DNA of 64,000 nucleotides from Pocillopora damicornis (Eukaryota): NCBI RefSeq assembly GCF_003704095.1, contig NW_020846508.1, positions 124,001 to 188,000 of the forward strand, read 5' to 3'. Shown piece by piece: positions 12,409 to 26,989 of this stretch (position 1 is its first letter; each line of letters starts with the position of its first letter). The notes under the pieces were generated by a model. It saw only the letters and a program-made list of their open reading frames with translations, ran no database searches and was not told where the DNA came from. The position numbers and the translations under genes were made by a program.

Positions 12409-14526
12409 TTGTTTCCCTAAGATAGAAATAAAACGCTTGATATAAGGTCAGTTTGGCAGATGTATGGGTATATTAAATCCTACTTTAAGACGGAAACGTA
12501 CAAAGCTGCCTGATGCCAGGCCAGATTATCAGGAGATCTTTAATTAATCTCGGTATCCTTTGCTGTTCACTAATATGCTCTTTTGTTTGATGTTGGCTTA
12601 CAATTTGCAGTTGACTAACAAAACAATTAATGAAGTTTGTATTAGTCTTAGTAGATCTCAATTCTTTTCTTTGTTTCACGCTGGTCAAATTTCATTTTCT
12701 TAGTTTCGTGTTTACATAACATTATTTCTGGACAATAGACAAAAATTATTTGAAGGAAGATACCGTAGTGAAAATTTTTACCTACCTAACAGCATGATTT
12801 TTATCGAGAAAAATATCAAAACTTCAAACAAAATTGAAACCTGATTTGCTAAAATTTTTCAAGCAATTTTACTGAGTAGCTTTTCTCTTTACACTACGCC
12901 ACAGATTACAGAGGTGAAAAGATGTCATCAGAGGAACATTTCGAAAACTCAGCCGCCTCGTTAGGAGCAGTTTGCTTTGTTAAACACAACAATAATACAA
13001 GCAACTATCTTTACCAAGATTTCCTTGCCATGGTTTCCACGTGTTTCATTGTACTCTTTTGTTGTACCACAGGTGGTAATTAAGACATAATCAGCAACAA
13101 AAAAACTCTTACACGTTTCTAAATTGCCGAGCTTCACCTGAGACCTCCAAAACTGCGGTAAGATATAATTGAGATGTCAAGGTTTATCTTTCAGCAAAGT
13201 TTAAAAAAAAAGCTGTGGTGTAAGTTCAAAGCCACCATAATTTATCGCTAGTTTCAGGCAGCTCTGAACCTATAATTTATACTTTCCAAAAAGACGCTGC
13301 AGAAAGATGAACAAACGTTTGAAGTTGTTCTTCGGTAGTATGTTAATTAAATGGACGATTTCATCGAGGCTTTGAGCTCTTCTATTCTTTTTTACTCCAA
13401 GCTTTCGCCGATCTACGGCATCGTCAGATCATGAAGGTACTCTGACCGAGTTAAAGGCACATAAAGCTGAAATTAAGGAATGTTTCCAAAAGAAGTGGCG
13501 GATCTGGTGGTCCAGTGCGCCCTCGGACCTGCGGGGTTTTCTTTTGGTGCTACTTGTCCGAAACCTAATATCTGCAACCAAAAGATTGCGTATTACCACT
13601 CAATTTGAAGTATCTAAAATATACTTGTTTTGACATATCTCTCAGCTTCTTTTTTTTGTATTTTGTGTTTTTTGCTATAAGTTGGACACCCGCCGCTGTA
13701 AAGATTATGAGTTTTTATGAAAATCTTGTATGTAAAAGAAATACTCGCAAATTGTTGAGGGCTACTGAAGTCGGTATTTTCTGATACCAAGTTTTAAAGA
13801 ACGAATCAAAAACTGTGGTCGTCTCGATCTACGTTTCATTTTGAGCTTCCTAAAGATAACTAAGTGCCTCTCAGGATGCATTTAAAAATCTGCTTTAGTT
13901 CATCAAGATGTCTTTCAGGGGTTTTAATATCTTTTTTTCTTATTATAAGCGGCTGTGGTTGGTGTGATAGGCAGCTGTACTCCGAATAGGGGCCGTTGGG
14001 CGAAACCCAAACACGAGACTGCCTACTTGCAGGCTAAGTAGACGGCGTTAAGGGGTCCTACCGTCGACAATAGACTGCCCTAGACCAGCTTTTACAGAAA
14101 CTCCTGCATTTCAGCTGTGACTGAAACAAACACACTCAACTTCACCAAGATTTTCTCACCGTCGTCGTCAAAGAAGTTTTGACGTTTTCTTTTATTAAAG
14201 CCAACTGAACTTTGCAGGAAAGGAAAGGAGGCCATTTTTCAACTTTCAAAATGCATTTCATAACAGTGGGTGTCATTAAGGGCCTTTTAAGTTAAAAAAA
14301 AAGTGATCTTTATTGATAAGAGTGATACTGACTTTTCCCGGCCTTCAAACATCTAAAGAAGTGCCATTGTTCAGCGGGATCTTTTCCATCGAAACACACC
14401 TAATGAAGTTAAAAGTGTGCTTAACGAGGTTATCATAGGATAAACAAAGCTGTGTAAGCCGATGATTAATATGGCATTAGCTTTTGTTTCTGAAAACCTT
14501 CAAAGTTCGTGAGGTGTGTGGGACTC

Positions 14527-14533
14527 TATATAA
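14527..14533 (+). promoter_or_regulatory. TATA box of secreted protein B
   Basis: TATATAA about 60 nt upstream of ATG 14589, the same spacing as in the paralog. Confidence 0.7.
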
Positions 14534-14588
14534 GGCACGTTCGTTTTACCAATGATACAGTGTCAAGTGCACACATCTTGGAGCCAAA

Positions 14589-16255
14589 ATGAAGATTTTT
14601 GCAACTCTCTTGCTTCTCGGCGCCTTTGTCGCATATGTGTCGGCCTTTGAGATGCCCTTTCACAAGGCTGTGTTCAAATTCCTAGATGAGCGACATGATG
14701 AAAGAATGGCACAGGTTGTGAGAGACTTTGGATTACCAGAAGACACTTTGGCGTTGAATGATATCAATGCCACCAACGCTACAGCACCTGCCAAACCCGT
14801 CAAACCAGAGGGATTCCCAACATTTCTTGTAAGTTGAAGCAATACCCCTTACGGCTTACTTTTTTGTATTTGTTCTCAGATTACCAAAATTTCGTGAAAA
14901 GTCAGTTATTGTGCTTGTGTGTATATCACAATTTTTAATTCTGCCAAGTTGGCAATTAGATTGGGTGTTTTATTTATATAACCTCTTTTTTCTTAAATCA
15001 TCATGGCTTGAGCGATACATTTATTGGCTTTGAAGAATTATTTTCTCATCTTCACCCTGAGAAATAATCGACAAAACACAATCGCCTTCCTTTGGAAAAT
15101 GGTCGTCAAATACTCGTCTAAAGATCATTTTGTTGTTGCTAATTACAGATAGCATGCGTGGGTAAGGCACAAGTCTGCTGGAAGGTTGCGGGTCATGACG
15201 AATGTAAAAAGCTCGGATGCATCGACAACTTTTTTAAGTGTATAAAAGAAAACCATCCCACTCCGCTGCCAGAGCTTTCCCCACTAGAGGTAAAGCAGCT
15301 CAGTATTATACCAACGTCACAGCTATGATTTTCTCTTTTATTTCTTTAATTTGTGCAACACCCAGGTCTGATTAATATGTAACTTCTACCCATGATATCT
15401 ATATATTATCCAGCAATTAGGTGATAAGAATATTCAAACTCATCAAGGAAAAGTTCTTATCTTGATCCAACACCAAATTCTCAATACTAATTTACAAGGA
15501 AATGTGTAGCAGCTAGAAGGGAGAATTAACAATCAGATCTTAGGAGTAAAAGGGTGAAAGCAGATAAACTCTTTGAAACCTTCCAACTGGGCCACGCAAC
15601 TTTTTTGTGATGCATTTTTAGTAACTGTCATTCAAGGCGTAAGCTTGGCTTGCAATTCTGCAAATTTTAAATTTTTGACGCAAAATACACATCTGCGATT
15701 TACCTTTAAAAAATCTTAAGTAAAACATCATACACACAGAAGCAGTTTACTTTAAAGGATGATGATTCCAACGGCACACCAATTTACCATTGCAGAAATA
15801 TGTATATACATATACATACATAGGGAGGATTTTCCTTTTCCCCTTTTCCTTCGCCAGTTACATTGCAATAACTTTTCCTGCTTCATTTTGTTTTTATCTG
15901 CCCTCGCTTTCCTTTATTCACGTTAGCAGTTGCAACGTACTTTCTATTAAAGATTATTCCAATGATCTTACCAGAGCTAGGAAAACAAATGTGGCATCGA
16001 TAGTAAAATATTTCAGACCTGACCTGCTATTTAAGCACTGTCCAATTAATACTTAGTTATGATCATGAACTCTTTTCCCTTTGAATACTATGATTTGTCT
16101 GTATTAACTAAGCATATTTGCGTTTGTTTCCCCTGCAGAAAGGCTGCTTATTTTTGCTTCACATATGCAGAAAAGGTTCTCCTACTTGTGCTGGTGAATT
16201 GTGCTGCTTCCTTCGTATTAAGAAGTGCTTCGAATTAGCAGAGGGAAAGGAGTAA
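14589..16255 (+). CDS. Secreted cysteine-rich protein B (165 aa, 3 exons), paralog of A
   Basis: Exons 14589-14828, 15149-15289 and 16139-16255, phase 0. Translation: MKIFATLLLLGAFVAYVSA|FEMPFHKAVFKFL... | IACVGKAQVCWKVAGHDECKKLGCIDNFFKCIKENHPTPLPELSPLE | KGCLFLLHICRKGSPTCAGELCCFLRIKKCFELAEGKE*. AATAAA at 16369. Confidence 0.88.
15358..15558. mobile_element. MITE, subfamily A, in intron 2 of protein B
   Basis: Internal TACAAGGAAATGTGTAGCAGCTAG..GGGAGAATTAACAATCAGATCT is shared with 23242, 43889 (rc) and 57618. Confidence 0.75.
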
Positions 16256-16591
16256 CTCCTGGAGTAAATATGTTACATTGTTACCATGACAACTAGTAGA
16301 AAGATATCGATTTTCAATCAGGCTCAATTTTCTTTTATATTATCAAAGTGTGTAGTTTAGTTGTGATGAATAAAACGCATATACGGAATTTTGTGTTATT
16401 TATTTTACTTATACTCTCCCTTTTCTTAAAAAAAAAAAGCCAACAAGTGCACGCTTCTTTCCAACCTTAACTATAATTAAACCTTACATATAGATAAACG
16501 AATTAATTGCAATACTGGCACAACGACAGGAAGCACTCTAAATAGGCCAATATTTCGACGAGTACTTCTATTCCTCGTTAGGGATGATGCT

Positions 16592-17463
16592 ATACCGCAT
16601 TTCCTCAATTCCGGGCGCTTAAGTGAAATTTCAGCTAAAAGGAACCGGGGGTGGGGGTGGGGGTGGGGGTGCTTATTTGAAAGAAGGTCCTTAATCAAAG
16701 GGGTTCNNNNNNNNNNNNNNNNNNNNNNNNNNNNNNNNNNNNNNNNNNNNNNNNNNNNNNNNNNNNNNNNNNNNNNNNNNNNNNNNNNNNNNNNNNNNNN
16801 NNNNNNGGGGTGGGGGTGGGGGTGCTTATTTGAAAGAAGGTCCTTAATCAAAGGGGTTCTTATAAATTTTTTTCTTTTAATGAAATGTAACTTCAATTTG
16901 GCTAAAACTTAAATAGAAAGACAAAAACTAAAACAATTATCCACGTAGAAGTAAATTCAATATTTTAAATATCTTAAATTTGTCTAAGCGAAGGGAAAGG
17001 ATTTATTCGCTCAAAAAGACGACAGGGAATAAGCCAAGAAGTATAACGTCAATGCAACTGAAACTTAAAAAGTGAAGTATGTGTATAGCGCTGACAGCTT
17101 TTAGCCTGTTGGGTCCATTTCGATTGAGCTCTCATTCCTCATCAACTGCTTTCTTAAAACGCATCCGAATAACTTTGTTACCGTGGAAATCACAGATTGT
17201 TTAGTTGTGCCTGAGAAGTTAACGGCATTTACCAAGAGCGCAGAAATAGGACAAAGTACATAAACGTACATAAAGGAACTCTGTAAGCACGTGGAATTAA
17301 CTGTAAGCAGGAAATAAACTATCCTCCTAAAGTGGTTCCGCCGAAGTTGAAGGTTAGAAAGTTATAAATAATTTAGCAGTGGAAACAGGTTTTTTTCGTA
17401 TCCCTACTAATTTGANNNNNNNNNNTTATTCGAGCTTGGGCGCTTATTCGAGGAAATACGGTA
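16592..17463. mobile_element. Putative non-autonomous DNA element with TACCG(C/T)ATTTCCTC termini; contains two gaps
   Basis: Left end TACCGCATTTCCTC and right end GAGGAAATACGGTA are inverted. Internal GCTTATT motifs are present, and a similar end occurs at about 35475-35540. Confidence 0.5.
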
Positions 17464-17637
17464 ATTAACACTTACTCACTGAAGTGGAGGTGAATAGTTG
17501 TTTTAGTATAAACCACACTGAAACCGAGATTTAGTTTACTTCTGTGGTTACCCCGAAAATTAAACTCTTTAAATTGCGCGATGTTGACGCGCGATTAAGT
17601 CTGCAGTGTAGATACCAGCGGTAAGCGTGTGAAGGTT

Positions 17638-17650
17638 CAAAAATGGCGCC
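17638..17650 (+). promoter_or_regulatory. YY1-like element upstream of DHFR copy 1
   Basis: CAAAAATGGCGCC matches the AANATGGCG consensus. Confidence 0.4.
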
Positions 17651-17840
17651 TACATGTTATTTTACATTTCCTCAAACAATTTAACGCTCCCAAAGGGATC
17701 GAAAGACATAAGCACTTTCTGACTATTGTACAAAGTTTGGTACTTAGCACCTTCGAAATAATAGATCAGCTCAGAATCGCACCTTCTTTCGACTAATACA
17801 TATTTCGCACGATTTTACGTTTACCGAACGATTGTTAGTA

Positions 17841-22544
<4,704 letters not shown>

Positions 22545-23241
22545 TGGCTCGATGAAAAGCCTGTTTGACTTGGACTGGGGTGCTGCTCGCGGAATTGGTT
22601 AGCCATCTTTTGGGGCTAACTAGAGATGTTTGCCTGATGTGAAACAAAGCCGATGAAAACCGGTCAGCCTGGAGTTTTCTTTCTTCGTTTGACTTACTGT
22701 ATTTCGTTTTCGGTACCTCTCACATTTCTTACTTCTGCGAAGGCACTTTGGCGCTTTGCAAAGACAGTAATCTGTAGCTATTAATTAAAATATTTTTTCT
22801 TCCCCCTTCCTTTTCCTTCCTTCCTTCCTTTTTATGGGAAGCTCGCCAAGAAGCCTTGGTTGTTCCTAGCAGCTTACCCGGTTTTAAAGGGCATCGAAAA
22901 GTAATGAAGGGGCATAGCCTGGGTACTAGCGCTCAGTTCTTCGCGCAAATAGTCATGAGATTCTGAGAGGAGATGTTTCGTTCTGATCGACCCGGAGACA
23001 ACCCTAACCCTAAACAAAGAAAAATTACATCTTTGGAAATAAATTTCTTTTACTTGGTCGAAATCCTAACTAGTTACTACTTATTTTCTTTAGTAATTAT
23101 GTACACAGGTTGACACAGGACAGAAAAAAATTTTGCGGGGGTAAACGTTAACACATTCAACAATCCTAAAAGAAGTGCAATGAAAGCTACAAGCAAGTAC
23201 CAGCTTTAGATTCTCGTTTCGAAAACGAGTCTTACTTTATA

Positions 23242-23461
23242 TTAACCCTTTTATTCCCGCCAGTAATCAACACGAAACTTCTCTCTATGATATCCACACA
23301 TTATCTAGAAAAAAAAAGGTAGTGATAACACTCAATCTTATCGGGAAGAAGTTGTTATCTCGATCGAACATGAAATTCTCTTTTAACTTGGAATTTACAA
23401 GGAAATGTGTAGCAGCTAGTGGGGAGAATTAGTAATCAGATCTTGGGAGTTAAAGGATTCA
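23242..23461. mobile_element. MITE, subfamily A, between the convergent 3' ends of DHFR-1 and the ANKRD34-like gene
   Basis: TTAACCCTTTTATTCCC ... GGGAGTTAAAGGATTCA with the shared internal sequence. Confidence 0.75.
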
Positions 23462-23758
23462 CTTTATAAATCGTCCTGCGCACGACGCCTGGCATAAAGG
23501 GGCCTGTCTGGCAAAATAAAACGGTTTTCAAGCGTTGCATGATTTGTGAGATTCTATTGCTCCTGTAGTTCTGCTCGTATTTGAGATGATTTAGAATCCC
23601 AATCTAAGCGATGAATTCTTTGTGTCTTTAACTAATATGCAGTGTTGTAAGTCATTTTAGTCCATTTTGTCTAACAAACCATTTCTTCAGTTATGAGTCA
23701 GTCATAGCTTGGAATTGTATCGATCACTGCCGCCAAATCTTTCATAGAATACTTAGTT

Positions 23759-26368
23759 CTAACGTGGTTGAGATAGTTTTCCCGTGTTGAACTTTGGTGA
23801 GCGAATAGGGGAACGGGGGGAAATCGGTCGAAATGAGTACCGCAGATACTCATTGCTTGATTTTCTTCGTGGACTTTCAACATCCGCTGGTGAAGGTGAC
23901 CCCGAGAAATAGCCATCTTCGAGGTCATGCGTCGGCGATCTCCTGTTGGAAATTGTCAGCGGTGGTAGAAGTGTGGCTGGGCGGAGTCTTGGACTAATTC
24001 GCTGCTGATTGGGAGACGAAACTGCATTACGATCCTCGGAAACGTTGGAATTTAAAGCAAGGACGTCTCTGTTATTTCTGAGGTTGAAATTCGTCGAATT
24101 TGCTTTTACGCTTTCCCCCAACTTGGAATTATTGTCCTCTGTGTAGTGTGCTCTCGTGGGAGAGTTGAAGAATAGGTCTGGAAACACATCTCCCGGTGAG
24201 TTCTCTGAGCCCCTTGGTGACAAATCAGCCACTTTGGCTATAGCAACGGAGTCATAGGCGCCAGCTGTTGATGGCACTGTGGGGTCTTTTGGCGATGAGG
24301 GGAGCGAGTTGCGTCCTGGGCTGGGTGATCGTCTTTGATCATCGACAGGAAATTCCTGACCAGAGAAGCACAGGCGTTGTTTGTCGGCATTATTTGGCCA
24401 AGGTAATGGCAGGTCCATTCTGTGTTCAGCATTCTGAGTTTTGCTCTCTGTGGTAGTGATCATCGTTGAACGACTTCCTTTCTTCAGTGAAGAGATACTC
24501 GGTAACTGGAACTCAGTAATATCACTTCCTTCCTTGTTGTTGCCGACAAGCTGCTGAAAGCTGTGAATGCTTGGCCCGGGACTTGGTCCGACTTCTACAT
24601 ACTCTTTACCCTGTAAATTGCGTGAAATGGACTTCCAATCTGTTAGATCACTCTTACTCTTCCTCAGCCCAGGAGGGGCAAAGCATCCCTCCAGCCCCGC
24701 CCTCCTGGTGTCAATGTCAGCGGTGGAAGAGTGTGTCGGTGGTGTTAAGAGGGTCTTGATACCAGCCGTGTTTTGTAACTTGCCCATGTCCATTGCAGAT
24801 AGAGTGTACCGTCTTACAATGGGTGCTCCTGCTTCTTGTCGATTGTTGTCGAAAATAGGCGGCACTGGAGATGCTCGAGGACTTGCCGTGGTTTGTTTAA
24901 ACGTCAGTGCAGTAGTTTGACGACGAGTTACTCTTGGGGATGCTATGGGGCTCAAAACGGGAGACGACTGCTGACTGGTTGCTGGAGATACAATCCGGTT
25001 TGACCTGTTTTCTGTGTTTTCCGTAAATGCCCTATCCACGGCGGAGTCCCTATTAACTTGCCTTAGACTTTGAATTGAGGTCTCGACAAATGATGAGCAG
25101 TTCTCGTTGAGCATCACACTCGTGGAGGAATTGCGAGTTATGAAAAGTTTTTCCTGTTCGCAATCTTTTTCTGTTCTATTCTTTTCGTTTGAATGAGCAG
25201 ATTTTTGCGTCTCATCGCCTGCGAATGAACTTGCGTTTTCACTCTTATCATCGCCATTAGGCATCTTTGGTGCTAAAGAAACCTCGCTTCCGCCCTTGAT
25301 TGTGATATCTTCTACCTTTTCTAAACTAGAAAAACCATTTTCCTGCATCGAGTTTTGCTCTTTCCATGAGTGTTTATTCGCAGAAGAGAAGCCAGCTGTT
25401 GTCAATGAATCCCTGCGACTACCACTTGTCGGGCAAGGGGACTCGTTTGAATCTGAAGAGCCGAAAGAATCTTGTAGCTTTAGCAGTTTTTCAAGCCCAG
25501 ATGAAGGGTCACGCGGCGAGGTTTCTGCATCAGAAATCTGAACACTGAACCTTTCCTCCTCTGAAAGTGAACGAACAGAGGTTTTTCGCTTCCCTTCCGT
25601 CTCACTTTTACCTTCTTGTTCACTTTCTGTTTTTGATCTATTGGTATTAGTCTGTTCTGAGCAACGTAATATTTCTTGAATATCAAGCGGATCAAAGTGA
25701 CACACAGATCTTTTCCTTCGTCTCTCAGGTTGAGGATTTTCGCCATCAACCCCTAAATCAGCACCTAAGAGATTTCCGCTGGAGATGGAAGTGTCTTCTT
25801 TCTCAGCAGCATACAAATTCATGTGGTTTCTCCGTAACCTGGGGCCCATCAATGGCCAGGAGAACTTGCGAATGTCCTGCATATTAGCTAGACATTCTTC
25901 TAAGTTTTTCATTTGAAAATTTCCTCGTATTTCGATGTTTTCTCGACAAGCGTTAATTAGAAGTCTCGTGGTCTCTAAATCCCCAGCATTCATTACATAA
26001 TCAAACACTGTACTTTTACTTCCATCTTCGATCCACGGATTAGACTTTGCATCCATCAAAGCCTGGATGATTCCTTTTCCAGAGTTTGAAGTGCAAGCGT
26101 ACATCAGAGCTGTCCGACCGTCAACGTCTTGCAAATTTACCTTTGCTTGTTGGCTGAGTAAGTAACTCACAACTCGACTTTTTTCATCGATGTCCGTCTT
26201 GGATTGACAGCATAGCATTAGTGGTGTCTCCTGGCGCTCGTTACGAACATTGACCGAGGTTCCTCCTTCCACAAGCATGCGCACAAGACGAAGTTTGCAC
26301 GACGAACTAGCCTGGAACAGAGCTTCTGAACCCTTGTTGTTCATGGCTGTTGAGTGATGAGAAAGCAT
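23759..26368 (-). CDS. ANKRD34: Ankyrin repeat domain-containing protein 34-like: single coding exon, about 4 N-terminal ANK repeats and a long Ser/Pro-rich disordered tail
   Basis: 869-aa uninterrupted ORF. KLRLVRMLVEGG..VN..NERQETPLM..VVSYLL..VNLQDVDGRTALMYAC..LLINAC closely parallels the ANKRD34 N-terminus. The start could also be ATG 26344. Confidence 0.85.
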   Translation of the reverse strand: MLSHHSTAMNNKGSEALFQASSSCKLRLVRMLVEGGTSVNVRNERQETPLMLCCQSKTDIDEKSRVVSYLLSQQAKVNLQDVDGRTALMYACTSNSGKGIIQALMDAKSNPWIEDGSKSTVFDYVMNAGDLETTRLLINACRENIEIRGNFQMKNLEECLANMQDIRKFSWPLMGPRLRRNHMNLYAAEKEDTSISSGNLLGADLGVDGENPQPERRRKRSVCHFDPLDIQEILRCSEQTNTNRSKTESEQEGKSETEGKRKTSVRSLSEEERFSVQISDAETSPRDPSSGLEKLLKLQDSFGSSDSNESPCPTSGSRRDSLTTAGFSSANKHSWKEQNSMQENGFSSLEKVEDITIKGGSEVSLAPKMPNGDDKSENASSFAGDETQKSAHSNEKNRTEKDCEQEKLFITRNSSTSVMLNENCSSFVETSIQSLRQVNRDSAVDRAFTENTENRSNRIVSPATSQQSSPVLSPIASPRVTRRQTTALTFKQTTASPRASPVPPIFDNNRQEAGAPIVRRYTLSAMDMGKLQNTAGIKTLLTPPTHSSTADIDTRRAGLEGCFAPPGLRKSKSDLTDWKSISRNLQGKEYVEVGPSPGPSIHSFQQLVGNNKEGSDITEFQLPSISSLKKGSRSTMITTTESKTQNAEHRMDLPLPWPNNADKQRLCFSGQEFPVDDQRRSPSPGRNSLPSSPKDPTVPSTAGAYDSVAIAKVADLSPRGSENSPGDVFPDLFFNSPTRAHYTEDNNSKLGESVKANSTNFNLRNNRDVLALNSNVSEDRNAVSSPNQQRISPRLRPATLLPPLTISNRRSPTHDLEDGYFSGSPSPADVESPRRKSSNEYLRYSFRPISPRSPIRSPKFNTGKLSQPR

Positions 26369-26865
26369 AGCAATTCATATTTTGCAAATCCAAACAGTAA
26401 TTTAAAAATGTTAGAACTTTCGGTGAAAAATCAGCAATACACCTTTTTCAATTGCTTTTACCTAAAGTTAAAATGTCAAAATTTCGAAACGTCTAGCTAT
26501 GACTGCCAAAAATTGATTGTTTTGACGCCAGCTGAACGCACATTTGACATGGTTTCAAAGTGCATGACCTGATCACGCGTGAGTCGAAAGTTCAAGTTGG
26601 TGTCTTCCAAGGGAGTCAGTGAGTGTTGACCCATGGCACGTGACACGTTTTCCTCCAATCGGAAAACAAATTTGAGTTGGGAGGTGTAACAGAGGGTGAA
26701 GACACTGGTCTGAGTGTCTTGTACAAATTACAACAGATACGCGTAGTATAATTTGTCTTGAGCCGCTTTCACTTGAGCAAATTTTCATCGAGAAGTTCTC
26801 AAGTTTCTTGGCATTGTAGATGGGAAAGGTATGACAAGTTTTTCCGTAGACAGTCTCTTAGTTTG

Positions 26866-26989
26866 AACAAGGAGACTCTCTTTGAGAACATTTTTCAAGA
26901 ACCCTTAGAGAAAAATATTACCGAACAAGGAAACCTCTCGTTGAGAACATTTTTCAAGAACCCTTAGTATAGGGAAAAACATTTACCGA
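26866..26989. repeat. Tandem duplication of about 58 bp x2 upstream of the ANKRD34-like gene
   Basis: AACAAGGA.AC..TC.TTGAGAACATTTTTCAAGAACCCTTAG..AAAAA.ATT(T)ACCGAA occurs twice. Confidence 0.85.

Noticed and set aside
16647-16860. Identical ~53-bp sequence on both sides of the N-gap, and ORF 16477-16896
   Set aside because: Most likely an unmerged contig overlap at a G-rich tract, not a real duplication or gene.
17748-17840. Open, Arg-rich frame upstream of the DHFR-1 ATG resembling a mitochondrial presequence
   Set aside because: There is no in-frame ATG, and the candidate upstream exon ending at 17620 has an in-frame TAG. It would need a non-AUG start, for which there is no evidence.
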